From the NCBI GenBank assembly GCA_963711105.1, contig CAVQCV010000003.1, positions 39,051 through 103,050 on the forward strand: 64,000 nucleotides of DNA, read 5' to 3'. The stretch comes from an uncultured Chloroflexia bacterium (lineage in GTDB: Bacteria > Chloroflexota > Limnocylindria > Limnocylindrales > CSP1-4). Below the pieces are notes generated by a model that saw nothing but the letters and a program-made list of their open reading frames with translations, searched no databases and was not told the origin of the DNA. The position numbers and the translations under genes were made by a program. Below, in pieces: positions 36,136 to 44,951 of the stretch; position 1 is the stretch's first letter, and each line of letters begins with the position of its first letter.

Positions 36136-38118
36136 CTACGGGGCCGGCGTCACCGAAGGCTCGGCGGCTGCGGGCGACGCGGGTGCGGGCGCGACGGTCG
36201 GTTCGGGCGGGGCGCCGCACGGGTAGTACTGGTGCAGCAGCGACGAGGTGCAGGCCTCGTACGAGTAGTCGTTCGGGCCCTGCTGTCCCGGTCCAAAGAA
36301 CGGGAACGCGGCCAGGATCGCGAAGACCAGGTATACGACCAGGAGCTTGAGCGGGCTGACGCGTCGCAGCAGCCACCACGTCATGACGACCAGGCCGAGA
36401 GCGAGCGCGCCGGGGAAGATCGGGTCCAGGACCGAGGCCTGGATGTTGAGCCTGGCGCCCGCGATGTCGACGGTCGGCGCGAGATAGACGGTCACGAACT
36501 TGGCGGCGAGCGCGCCCAGGACCATGTTGCCCAGGACGCCCGCCCCGACCAGGACGCGGTCGATGGTGCCGGAGCGGAGGATGTCCGTGACCAGGGAGCG
36601 GCCGCGCCGGTAGCCCTGCATCCAGGCCGTGTAGCCGATGGCCACGATCACGATCGCCACGAGAACGGTGTAGATGATGGGGCCGAGTAGATTGCCTGTG
36701 CCGCTGAGGGTCGGAACGGCGGTGCCCGTGGCGCTGCCGCCGGCGATGCCGATGCCCAGGGCCAGCAGGATCGGCGTGATCGTGCTCTGGCTCAGGGTGT
36801 CGCCGATGCCGGCCAGCGGGCCCATCAGCCCCGACTTCACGGAGTTGATGGCGTCGTCGTCGATCGGGGCGCCGTTGGCCCGCTCCTCCTCCATGGCGAT
36901 GACGGTGCCGTGGACGATGTTGCCGAAGTTCGGCTCCGTGTTGAAGAAGACCAGGTGACGCTTGAGTGCGGACCGGATTTCGTCTTCGGTCTTGTAGAGG
37001 CGCTTGATGATCGGCGTCATGGCGTGGGCGAAGCCGGTGCCCTGCAGCCGCTCGTAGTTGTAGTTGGCGTGAGCGAAGAACGTCCACAGCGCCCAGGACT
37101 TGACCAGGTCGCCGCGGGTCAGGCGCGAGGCGGGCGCTGGCGTCTCGGGCGACGCGGGTGCGGGCCGGGCCTGGGCCGGCACCTCCTCGGCGGCTTCGGC
37201 GCCTCGGGCCGTCATGGCCGTCGAACCGGAGAAGCTCAGATGCAGGTAGGCCAGCGCGAGCCCCAGGGCGGCGACGACGACCAGGGAGATGGAGCCCGCG
37301 GAGATCGTCATCAGGATGAAGCCGATGAAGAAGTAGGGGACCACCGCGCCCCGGAAGATGAAGCGCATGTTCAGCGCGATGCCGATGGCGGGCAGGATGC
37401 CGCCGGCGATGATCAGCCCGTTGACGACCCACTGGGGCAGCTGGTTGAGTGCGTCCTGGACGTACTGCGGCCCGTTGTAGGCGAACAGGAAGACGGGCAC
37501 GAAGCTGGCGACGAACAGGAAGACCTGGCCGGGCAGCCAGTTCATCAGGGCGACGCCGGAGATGTCCGCCTTCTCGGCTCGCGCGTCCGCCCAGTGGGCG
37601 AAGACGGCGTCGACCGACATGCGGCTGTAGAAGATGATCGTCCCCAGGAGGCCGAGACCGAAGGCGATCGGGATTGCCTGAGCGGGACTCATGTGGCCGG
37701 CCAGCGCGACCGTCGTTCCGACCCAACCGGCGAACCCGGCGTCGGCGGGCAGACTGCCGCCGGCGCTGATGAAGCCCAGGTACGGGACGTTGATCGCCGC
37801 CCCGATGAGCGTGCCCTGGGCCGGGTCGCCCAGGATGCAGCCGACCAGGAACCCGGCGACGAGCGGCCGGTAGAGGGTGAAGTAAGCCAGGCCGAACAGC
37901 CAGGGCGAATTGGCCAGGTAGTAGCCGATCGCGATCAGGGCCGCCTGGAAAGCGGAAACGGAGATCGTGGGCCCGGCCGCGGTTGGGGCGATTGCGATGG
38001 CCGACGTGGCGCCGGCGCCACTGGCGGCGAACGCCGTGGCGGGCATGACGGCCGCGATCGTCGCGAGCCCCGCGAACAGCAGCGCGCCGCCTGCGACCGC
38101 CGCGAACCTCCTGAGCAT
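36136..38118 (-). CDS. PTS mannose/fructose/sorbose-family fused IIC-IID component
   Basis: The N-terminal half is an IIC-like polytopic domain. The C-terminal half carries an IID signature: LTRGDLVKSWALWTFFAHANYNYERLQGTGFAHAMTPIIKRLY...RHLVFFNTEPNFG...LMGPLAGIGDTL. Confidence 0.75.
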   Translation of the reverse strand: MLRRFAAVAGGALLFAGLATIAAVMPATAFAASGAGATSAIAIAPTAAGPTISVSAFQAALIAIGYYLANSPWLFGLAYFTLYRPLVAGFLVGCILGDPAQGTLIGAAINVPYLGFISAGGSLPADAGFAGWVGTTVALAGHMSPAQAIPIAFGLGLLGTIIFYSRMSVDAVFAHWADARAEKADISGVALMNWLPGQVFLFVASFVPVFLFAYNGPQYVQDALNQLPQWVVNGLIIAGGILPAIGIALNMRFIFRGAVVPYFFIGFILMTISAGSISLVVVAALGLALAYLHLSFSGSTAMTARGAEAAEEVPAQARPAPASPETPAPASRLTRGDLVKSWALWTFFAHANYNYERLQGTGFAHAMTPIIKRLYKTEDEIRSALKRHLVFFNTEPNFGNIVHGTVIAMEEERANGAPIDDDAINSVKSGLMGPLAGIGDTLSQSTITPILLALGIGIAGGSATGTAVPTLSGTGNLLGPIIYTVLVAIVIVAIGYTAWMQGYRRGRSLVTDILRSGTIDRVLVGAGVLGNMVLGALAAKFVTVYLAPTVDIAGARLNIQASVLDPIFPGALALGLVVMTWWLLRRVSPLKLLVVYLVFAILAAFPFFGPGQQGPNDYSYEACTSSLLHQYYPCGAPPEPTVAPAPASPAAAEPSVTPAP

Positions 38119-38181
38119 CTGGTCTCCTCCACCTGTGTGCGGCCGGCCGCGACGGGCGCGGTTGGCCGCGTTGCGTGCGGT

Positions 38182-38661
38182 CTAGCCGCGATCCAACGAG
38201 CGAAGCGGGATCGGCCGGTCGTCGGCCACGATCTGGATCTGGACCATCGTCCCGAGCCGCTCCAGTTCGTGCAGCTCACCCAGTTCCTCGGGGCTGATCG
38301 AGATCGTTTTGTGGAGTCGCTTGCGGCCGGGGCCCGCGCCCATGCCGCCCACGTCGACTACTTCCATCGGGACGCCGGCGTGGCGAAGCGCAAGCACGGT
38401 GCCGGGTTTGCGGGCCAGGACCATGACCGGCTCCGGGGTAGCGGCCAGTTCGATGAGCCGGACCGCGCCCTCGGCCACGTTCAGCACTTCCACCGGAACG
38501 CCGGGGGGAGCGGCCATGACCAGCACGTCGCGCAGGAACTCGTCCCGGGCCGTCGCGTCGTCCACGATCACGATCCGGTCCGCGCCCAGGGCGCGCAGCC
38601 ACACGGCCACGACCTGACCGTGGATCAGCCGATCGTCGATGCGAATCAGTCGCAGGCTCAT
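38182..38661 (-). CDS. PTS mannose-family IIB component
   Basis: MSLRLIRIDDRLIHGQVVAVW, the phospho-His motif of EIIB-Man. Confidence 0.75.
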   Translation of the reverse strand: MSLRLIRIDDRLIHGQVVAVWLRALGADRIVIVDDATARDEFLRDVLVMAAPPGVPVEVLNVAEGAVRLIELAATPEPVMVLARKPGTVLALRHAGVPMEVVDVGGMGAGPGRKRLHKTISISPEELGELHELERLGTMVQIQIVADDRPIPLRSLDRG

Positions 38662-38698
38662 GCGTCCAGCCGCGTTGCCAATGCCGGTACCGCCGCCG

Positions 38699-39106
38699 TC
38701 AGGAGGCGCGGCGAGCGCGGTGGCGCTCCGTTTCGACGATGCCGGAGCGGCCCACTTCGAGCAGCCGCTCGACGAAGGCGTCGTCGAGATCGCCGTCCGC
38801 CAGCGCGGCCTCGACGACCATCGGCAGATTCACGCCGGCCGCGCAGACCACGCGCGCGGAACGGCCCGCGATGGCCGCGCAAACGTTGTAGGGCGTGCCG
38901 CCGAGCAGGTCCGCCAGAACCAGGACGCATTTGTCGTCGTGGCCGATCGCCGCCCGCAGCCCCTCGGCGTAGTGGTCCGGTGTGTCGGCGGGCTGGAGGC
39001 CAACGGCCGCGATGTCGGCAATCGAGCCGCAGATCAACTCCGCCGTGGACAACAGCGCCGACGGCAGGGCCCCATGACCTGCGATTACGATCCGAAACGT
39101 GCGCAC
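38699..39106 (-). CDS. PTS mannose-family IIA component
   Basis: FRIVIAGHGALPSALLSTAELICG...VLVLADLLGGTPYN (EIIA-Man). The start is probably the GTG at 39106 with GGAGAA 4 nt upstream. The longer track ORF would add a Gly/Arg-rich leader. Confidence 0.65.
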   Translation of the reverse strand: MRTFRIVIAGHGALPSALLSTAELICGSIADIAAVGLQPADTPDHYAEGLRAAIGHDDKCVLVLADLLGGTPYNVCAAIAGRSARVVCAAGVNLPMVVEAALADGDLDDAFVERLLEVGRSGIVETERHRARRAS

Positions 39107-39267
39107 TGGTTCTCCAGAGGCTCCTTCGCCTGGGCTTGTCTCTCGGTCGCTTGTCTCTCGGCCACCGGCGTCGCGACCGCCGCTATTTCTGCCTGCAACT
39201 ATTATCACGCAACTACTTGCAGTGGTAGTATTGCCAGTATAGTCGGGGCCATGGTTCGGACTGTCAA

Positions 39268-40350
39268 GTGGAGGCCGTGCGGTTGAGCAGCTCGCAATCC
39301 GATCGACCGCCCGTCGAGGCGCCGCCGGCTCGAGGTTCAGCCGACGTCCCGGCGGCCGACGTCCCGGCGGCCGAAGTCCCGGCGGCCGAGAGTTCGACTG
39401 TCAGCCAGCGCGAGATGATGAGGCTTGTCGCCGAGCTGTACTACGTGCGCGGCCTGGGCCAGCCGGAGATCGCGACGCTCACCGGTTTCTCCGTTTCGAA
39501 GGTGTCGCGCCTGCTCGCCGCCGCCAGAACGTCCGGCATCGTCCGGATTTCGGTCGAGGGCACGCCGGTTGAACCGACCCCTATCGAACAGGCCCTCTCG
39601 GCCGCCCTGGGCGTCGAAGTCTGGATCACGCCCGGCCAGGATTCGACTCCGGCCGTCGCTGCCCGGTTGTGCGGCGTCGCCGCCGCGCCACGACTTGCGG
39701 ACGAGCTGCCGGAAGACGGGGCCATCGGCCTGACCGGTGGCTACACCGTGGAGTCGCTCGTGGCCGCCATGCCGGCCGTGGCCCGGCCGCGCGCCGTCGT
39801 CGTACCGCTCGTCGGGGGCTGGGACTCGAGCAACCCGCACCTGAACAGCAACGAGATCGCCCGCCGTATGGCCGAGCGCATGGGTGCCCAGGTCCGCCTG
39901 CTCCACGCCCCGGGCCTGCTCGACGACGAAGCCACGACCGCGGCGCTGCTGGCCGATTCCGCCGTCACCGCCACGACCCGCTTCTGGGGCGAGTTGCGGC
40001 TGGCCCTCGTGGGCATGAGCGGCGCGCCGCGGTACGTCCCCGGCTACGGCACCGTGATGGACCGATTGGACACCGCCGGGCGCGAGCGGCTGACGGCCCG
40101 AGGCGCGGTGGGCGACGTGGCCGGCCACCTGGTCCGCATCGACGGCTCGTTCCTCGCCGACGAGTGGGAGCGCCGCACGATTTCCATCCCGGTCGAGACG
40201 CTGCGCCGTGCCGGGCGTGTCGTGGGCATCGCCGCCGGCTCGAACAAGGTGGAGACGATCATCGCCGGCGCGCGCACGGGCCTGCTCCACCTGCTGATTA
40301 CGGACGAGACCACGGCCGCGGCGGCGCTGGCGCTGCTGGGCAAGGGTTAG
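39268..40350 (+). CDS. SorC/DeoR-type sugar-binding transcriptional regulator
   Basis: HTH LYYVRGLGQPEIATLTGFSVSKVSRLL followed by a SorC sugar-binding domain. Divergent from the PTS operon. The N-terminal approximately 45 aa Ala/Val/Pro-rich extension may not be translated. Confidence 0.75.
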   Translation: MEAVRLSSSQSDRPPVEAPPARGSADVPAADVPAAEVPAAESSTVSQREMMRLVAELYYVRGLGQPEIATLTGFSVSKVSRLLAAARTSGIVRISVEGTPVEPTPIEQALSAALGVEVWITPGQDSTPAVAARLCGVAAAPRLADELPEDGAIGLTGGYTVESLVAAMPAVARPRAVVVPLVGGWDSSNPHLNSNEIARRMAERMGAQVRLLHAPGLLDDEATTAALLADSAVTATTRFWGELRLALVGMSGAPRYVPGYGTVMDRLDTAGRERLTARGAVGDVAGHLVRIDGSFLADEWERRTISIPVETLRRAGRVVGIAAGSNKVETIIAGARTGLLHLLITDETTAAAALALLGKG

Positions 40351-40389
40351 CCCGGCGATTCGCGGCGCCCCGAGGTGGCCGTCAGAGGG

Positions 40390-41544
40390 CTACGAGCCCT
40401 GTGCGGCCGGTCGCCCGTAGACAACCAGGATGTGCCATAGGTCCTTGATCCGCGTCAGCGGATCCTCAACGTCGGTCCAGGGCTGCCACTCATTGGGCCG
40501 CTTGACGACCGTCACCGCCGCCCGGCCGAGTGTCGCGGCGTCGATGTGCCGTCGATCGGCCGCGTAGTCGCGGACCAGGCGGCGGGCCAGCTTCGCAGCC
40601 CGCCCATCGCCGCAGAACTCACCCCAGCGGAACCCTTCGGCCCCAGCCGGGACGTCGCTCGGGACCTCGTCGGCCGCGAGACGTAGACCGTCGTGCCACG
40701 CCACACCGAGATGGTGGCGTCGAGCGGCGTCCAGAAGCCTCTGCCCATCGGAAGTCCCGTGGAACGAGGGATCGATCACCACGGCTTCGACATCGGATGC
40801 GAGCGCGATCGGGCCGTGGACCTGGGTCTCGACGTAGCCATCGAGTGCGTGGTTCATCCCTGCGGCACCCGGCGCACCGGGGTCTGCGGCCATCAGGCGA
40901 TCCACGAGCGAGCCGACCGTCGTCGACACCCCGAGTTCTCCGCCGCGGGCGGCGCGCTCCAGCAATCCCGCGAGCACAGGTTCGAGTCGGTCGATCACGC
41001 CGCCGTCCTGGGGCTCGAGAACGCTGTCGCCGACGAAGAACGTCGAGCGATCCAACGCCGCGGCGCGAAGGCGGAGGTGGCAGGAGCCGAAGCGCGGACA
41101 GGCACCGTTGGCGAAGCCGAAAAGGTCCAGGCCACCGTATCGCGGTCGTTCGCCGGCATCGATGCCGGGGGCCTGGTATGCGCCGCCGAACATGGCGTCC
41201 TCCCAGCGATCGCGATCTCCACCGGGGTAGGCCGTAAGACCGCCGCTCGAGATCCCGGTTTCGAACTGGCTTCGATAGATCCCGCCCGAGGCAAGAGCTT
41301 CGGCGACGGAACGACCGTCCGGCGCCAGCCGGTCGGGATGGAAGTTGACGGTTGCGACGCCGATGCGGCGCAGACCGGCACACAGACCGTCCACATCCAC
41401 CGCGATCGAGGCGGCGCCCAGAACGCGGCGAATGCGAGCGGTGTCGCGGACGCGGTTGACCTCCGCGATCGTCCGAACGTGGGCGAGCGCCGCGAGGTTG
41501 GCCGCACTTGGGGTGGTTCCGGCCCCGGCCCTCGATTCCGTCAT
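40390..41544 (-). CDS. DUF3626-like hypothetical protein
   Basis: A 385-aa soluble protein resembling the actinobacterial DUF3626 family. Start at the ATG at 41544 (MTESRAGAG). Confidence 0.5.
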   Translation of the reverse strand: MTESRAGAGTTPSAANLAALAHVRTIAEVNRVRDTARIRRVLGAASIAVDVDGLCAGLRRIGVATVNFHPDRLAPDGRSVAEALASGGIYRSQFETGISSGGLTAYPGGDRDRWEDAMFGGAYQAPGIDAGERPRYGGLDLFGFANGACPRFGSCHLRLRAAALDRSTFFVGDSVLEPQDGGVIDRLEPVLAGLLERAARGGELGVSTTVGSLVDRLMAADPGAPGAAGMNHALDGYVETQVHGPIALASDVEAVVIDPSFHGTSDGQRLLDAARRHHLGVAWHDGLRLAADEVPSDVPAGAEGFRWGEFCGDGRAAKLARRLVRDYAADRRHIDAATLGRAAVTVVKRPNEWQPWTDVEDPLTRIKDLWHILVVYGRPAAQGS

Positions 41545-41693
41545 CCGCGTCACCCCAGGTGCTCGGTTGCACGATCCATGGAACCTCTCGGATGGGAACG
41601 ATAAGTCACCGCCGGCCAACGGCATCGGCGACGGCTGATCCTCGCTCGCCCGCCATCTGTATCCCGACGCCGGCGGGCGGCGCGTCTCACCTC

Positions 41694-41724
41694 TTGACCT
41701 TCAAGTGACTTCAAGGTGTAGCCT
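41694..41724 (+). promoter_or_regulatory. MerR-type promoter and operator: TTGACC-N19-TAGCCT with a dyad in the spacer
   Basis: -35 TTGACC at 41694-41699. 19-nt spacer. -10 TAGCCT at 41719-41724. The dyad ACCTTCAAGT-G-ACTTCAAGGT (41697-41717) has 9 of 10 positions palindromic. The ATG at 41731 is 7 nt past the -10, so the transcript would be leaderless. Confidence 0.6.
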
Positions 41725-41730
41725 CGCGGC

Positions 41731-42564
41731 ATGAGAGTCTCCGAACTCGCAAGTCGGGCCGGCATTGCCCCTTCCGCCGTTCGTTTCTATGAGGAGAGGG
41801 GCGTGCTGCCGGCCGCCGATCGGCGCGACAACGGATACCGGGAATACGGCGAGGATGCGCTCGCCAGGCTCAGGCTCGTCGTCACACTGCGGCGGCTCGG
41901 CCTTTCGCCGGTCGATGCCGGCAGGATGGCCCGGCTCTGCCTGGAGCACGGCGAGATCGACAGGGACCTCGCGCCGGTCGTTGCCGGCCAGCGGGTCGCG
42001 ATCGCCCGCCAGAGGGCCGATCTGGACCGGCTCGACTCTGAACTAACAGACCTCGAAATCACAATCCAGGCCGCCGGGCGTGCCCGGCGCCGCAAGGAGG
42101 GCAGCGCCATGTCTCCCGATCCCATCCGCGTCCTGTTCGTCTGCACTGGCAACTCCGCCCGGAGCCAGATCGCCGAGGCCCTGCTGCGCGACTTCGGCGG
42201 GGGCGACTTCGCCGCCTTCTCGGCCGGGACCGAGCCCAAGGGCGTGAACCCGTACACGGTCCGCGTCCTCGAGGAGATCGGCATCGACTGGTCGGCCGCC
42301 CGATCGAAGTCCGCGACGGAGTTCCTTGGCCAGCCGCTCGACTACGTGGTAACCGTCTGCGACCGAGCCCGCCAGAGCTGTCCAGTCTTCCCCGGCGAGC
42401 ACAACACGCTCCACTGGGGTCTCGAAGACCCGGCCGAGGTGGAAGGCGACGACGCGGCCAGGCTGGAGGCTTTCCGGCGCACCAGGACGGAGATCGCAGT
42501 GCGGCTTCGGCCGTTCGTCGAGCTGGCTCGAAAGGCCCGGAAGGAAGCGGCAACTCCGGCCTGA
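41731..42564 (+). CDS. MerR-family HTH regulator fused in frame to an LMW-PTP-type arsenate reductase (ArsC)
   Basis: N-terminus MRVSELASRAGIAPSAVRFYEERGVL (MerR HTH plus coiled-coil). C-terminus IRVLFVCTGNSARSQIAEALL...YVVTVCD (CX5R P-loop of thioredoxin-coupled ArsC). There is an internal ATG at 42109 after AGGAGGG. No stop separates the two halves. Confidence 0.7.
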   Translation: MRVSELASRAGIAPSAVRFYEERGVLPAADRRDNGYREYGEDALARLRLVVTLRRLGLSPVDAGRMARLCLEHGEIDRDLAPVVAGQRVAIARQRADLDRLDSELTDLEITIQAAGRARRRKEGSAMSPDPIRVLFVCTGNSARSQIAEALLRDFGGGDFAAFSAGTEPKGVNPYTVRVLEEIGIDWSAARSKSATEFLGQPLDYVVTVCDRARQSCPVFPGEHNTLHWGLEDPAEVEGDDAARLEAFRRTRTEIAVRLRPFVELARKARKEAATPA

Positions 42565-42680
42565 GGCCGGTCAAGCGGCCGGCCCGTCAGCCGCACCGAT
42601 CGAGCGCCGAGGCCCCGCGCCGGGACCGAGGTGCGGGTCGGAAGTGGATCGCCAGACGGCGTGCAATTAGTCTGAAGCCT

Positions 42681-43808
42681 GTGAGCAGGGCGGCGTCAGC
42701 AGCTACGAATCTGGAGGCAAATGGTCCCCGTCTTGAGTTGACGCGGGACCAGATACTGGCCCACCGCCGCGAGGCCGGCGCGCTCGACGACCGACTCCCA
42801 CCCGGCCCGGCGTCCCTTCGGCGAGCCGCTTGGATTGGATTGCAGGACAGCGTGCCTCGGGCGGCTCTTCACTCGATCCACGCCCGCATGGCAGGAACCA
42901 CACCTTCGGCCTGGGAAGACCCGTCCCTGGTGCAGCTGTGGGGACCGCGTTTCAGCGCCTACGTCGTGGCCGGCGTCGACGTCCCTGTCTTCTCGCTTGG
43001 AAGGCTCTCCGACGATCCGGACCGCCGGCGCTTCTGCGAGGACCTTGCCTCCCGCCTGGAGGGGTTCCTGGACGGAAGGACGATGGAGTACGGCGAGGCC
43101 GGGCGAGCGCTGGGCATGAACCCGAATATGCTCCGGTACGCTGCCCCGACAGGCAGGGTGCTGATCCGCTGGGAGGGCGCCGGGCGGCCGACGATCTGGA
43201 CGGTGCCCGCTCCCAGTGTCGATCGGTGCGACGCACGCCTGGAGTTGGCGCGCCGCTACCTGCACGTTCTCGGCCCCGGGACGCCTGCCACCTTCGCCGA
43301 GTGGGCCGGGATCAAGCCGGCTGGAGCCCGGACGGCATTCGCGTCGCTGACTGCGTCAGTCATGCCGGTACGGACCCCGATCGGGGATGGGTGGATCCTG
43401 GCCGAGGACGAGCAGTCGTTCCGCGGCGGCGTCGCCGCCGGGACTGTCGCCGGCGGGACGATCGCCGCAGGGACGATCGCCGGCGGGACGATCGCCGCAG
43501 GGACGATCGCCGGCGCTCGACTCCTACCCAGCGGCGACGCGTACTTCCTGTTTCACGGCGGCCGGGACCGCGAACTCCTCGTACCCGAGGCCGAACGCCG
43601 TCGCGAGCTCTGGACGTCTGCCGTCTGGCCAGGCGCGCTGCTCGTCGGGAACGAAGTGGTGGGAACGTGGCGGCGGGCCGGGAGGGCGGTGACGATCCGT
43701 ACCTGGCGCCCGCTCTCGGATCTAGAGCGCGAGGCGGTCGAGCGGGAGGCGGCGTCACTTCCGCTGCCAGGGGTCCGGGAGCCGGCCTTCGTCAGCTGGG
43801 TTGAGTGA
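42681..43808 (+). CDS. Winged-helix DNA-binding domain protein of the YcaQ/AlkZ-like family, with an inserted (GTIAG)n repeat
   Basis: N-terminus LTRDQILAHRREAGALDDRLPPG is typical of the family. Internal VAAGTVAGGTIAAGTIAGGTIAAGTIAG. Confidence 0.55.
   Translation: MSRAASAATNLEANGPRLELTRDQILAHRREAGALDDRLPPGPASLRRAAWIGLQDSVPRAALHSIHARMAGTTPSAWEDPSLVQLWGPRFSAYVVAGVDVPVFSLGRLSDDPDRRRFCEDLASRLEGFLDGRTMEYGEAGRALGMNPNMLRYAAPTGRVLIRWEGAGRPTIWTVPAPSVDRCDARLELARRYLHVLGPGTPATFAEWAGIKPAGARTAFASLTASVMPVRTPIGDGWILAEDEQSFRGGVAAGTVAGGTIAAGTIAGGTIAAGTIAGARLLPSGDAYFLFHGGRDRELLVPEAERRRELWTSAVWPGALLVGNEVVGTWRRAGRAVTIRTWRPLSDLEREAVEREAASLPLPGVREPAFVSWVE
43440..43514. repeat. 15-bp tandem repeat x5 inside the AlkZ-like gene
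   Basis: gggacgatcgccg(g/c)(c/a) units encode G-T-I-A-(G/A) pentapeptides. Confidence 0.85.
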
Positions 43809-43821
43809 CCGGTGGTGGCGA

Positions 43822-43940
43822 CGGCCGCCGTCGTGGTGCCGTGGTGCCGTGGTGCCGGCCGCCGTGGTGCGGCCGCCGTGGTGCCGGCCGCCGTGGTGCC
43901 GGCCGCCGTGGTGCCGGCCGCCGTGGTGCCGGCCGTGGTG
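43822..43940. repeat. 15-bp direct repeat array (ggccgccgtggtgcc, about 7 copies) between convergent genes
   Basis: Imperfect head-to-tail copies fill the 135-bp gap between the AlkZ-like stop and the response-regulator stop. Confidence 0.8.
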
Positions 43941-43943
43941 GCG

Positions 43944-44603
43944 CTAAGACCCCAGGTACGCCAGCACCGCCAGGACGCGGCGGTGGGCCGTTTCCGTTTC
44001 GGTCAGATCGAGCTTGCCGAAGATGTTGCTGATGTGCTTCTCGGCGGCGCCCTCCGAGATGCCGAGCGCGTTGGCGATGCCCAGGTTGGTGCGGCCTTCG
44101 GCCATGGCGGCCAGGACTTCGCGCTCGCGCGGCGTGAGCGACGAGAGCCGGTCGTCGCGGCGGCGCAGGACCATCAGCTGGCTTACGACCTCCGGGTCGA
44201 GGGCGGTACCGCCGCCGGCCACGCGATGCAGCGCATCCATGAACTCTGCCACGTCCGCGACCCGGTCCTTGAGCAGGTAGCCGACCCCGCCCGCGCCGTC
44301 CGCGAGCAGTTCGGTGGCGTACTGCCGCTCGACGTACTGGCTGAGCACCAGCACCGGCGTTCCGGGCACGAGCCGGCGGGCCTCGATGGCGGCGCGCAGT
44401 CCTTCGTCGCGCTGAGTCGGCGGCATGCGCACGTCCACGACCGAGACGTCCGGCTTGTGCTCCACGGCCGCGGCCACGAACGAGGGGGCGTCGGCGACCT
44501 TGGCGACGACGATGTTGCCGCTCTCCTGGATCAGCCGCGCCAGGCCCTCACGGATGAGGGCCGAGTCCTCTGCGATGACCACGCGCAGCTGTTTGCGTTC
44601 CAC
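43944..44603 (-). CDS. Two-component response regulator, NarL/FixJ (LuxR) family
   Basis: Receiver VVIAEDSALIREGL...VVDVRMPP. C-terminal LuxR HTH LTPREREVLAAMAEGRTNLGIANALGISEGAAEKHISNIFGKL. Confidence 0.85.
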   Translation of the reverse strand: MERKQLRVVIAEDSALIREGLARLIQESGNIVVAKVADAPSFVAAAVEHKPDVSVVDVRMPPTQRDEGLRAAIEARRLVPGTPVLVLSQYVERQYATELLADGAGGVGYLLKDRVADVAEFMDALHRVAGGGTALDPEVVSQLMVLRRRDDRLSSLTPREREVLAAMAEGRTNLGIANALGISEGAAEKHISNIFGKLDLTETETAHRRVLAVLAYLGS

Positions 44604-44632
44604 GAGAAAGGATGATGCACCAACCAGAGCCG

Positions 44633-44713
44633 CGCCGGAACGCCCAACGTGCGCCGGCGACGCGATGATCCGATGCCGCCGGAACGCCCACGCGCGCCGG
44701 CGACGCGAGGATC
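44633..44713. promoter_or_regulatory. Two 37-bp direct repeats just upstream of the response-regulator start
   Basis: gccggaacgcccaacgtgcgccggcgacgcgatgatc (44633-44670) and gccggaacgcccacgcgcgccggcgacgcgaggatcc (44677-44713). They lie 30-110 bp upstream of the RR ATG on the minus strand and may be a regulator binding site. Confidence 0.4.
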
Positions 44714-44951
44714 CGGGGCCTCTTTCTTCCTGATTCCGTCGCTCCCTGACTGATATGGAAGGAGTCTCCGCCAGAGGGCGAGCCGGGCGCGAGTCAGGGC
44801 GCTAGGTGGGGCCCGAAAGACGTACAGGACCCCTCGCACGGCTCGAAACTGGCTCTAGCGGTGCCCAGGGCAGCGCAACGAGAGAGGTTCCTTACATAAG
44901 AGTCCTGGCGTGGATAAGCCGGAGGGTTCTGGGGCCGCCGGACGAATCTGG

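Noticed and set aside
35894-39228. Long ORFs 35894..37726 (-), 36910..39228 (+) and 36232..36690 (+)
   Set aside because: They overlap the PTS IICD, IIB and IIA genes in alternative or antisense frames. The PTS genes carry family-specific motifs, and these ORFs encode Arg/Pro/Gly-rich sequence.
42109-42564. Separate arsC gene starting at the internal ATG (42109) instead of a MerR-ArsC fusion
   Set aside because: It cannot be excluded as an additional translation start. However, the MerR frame continues into it without any stop, so the primary product must be the fusion. Kept as a note within the fusion finding.
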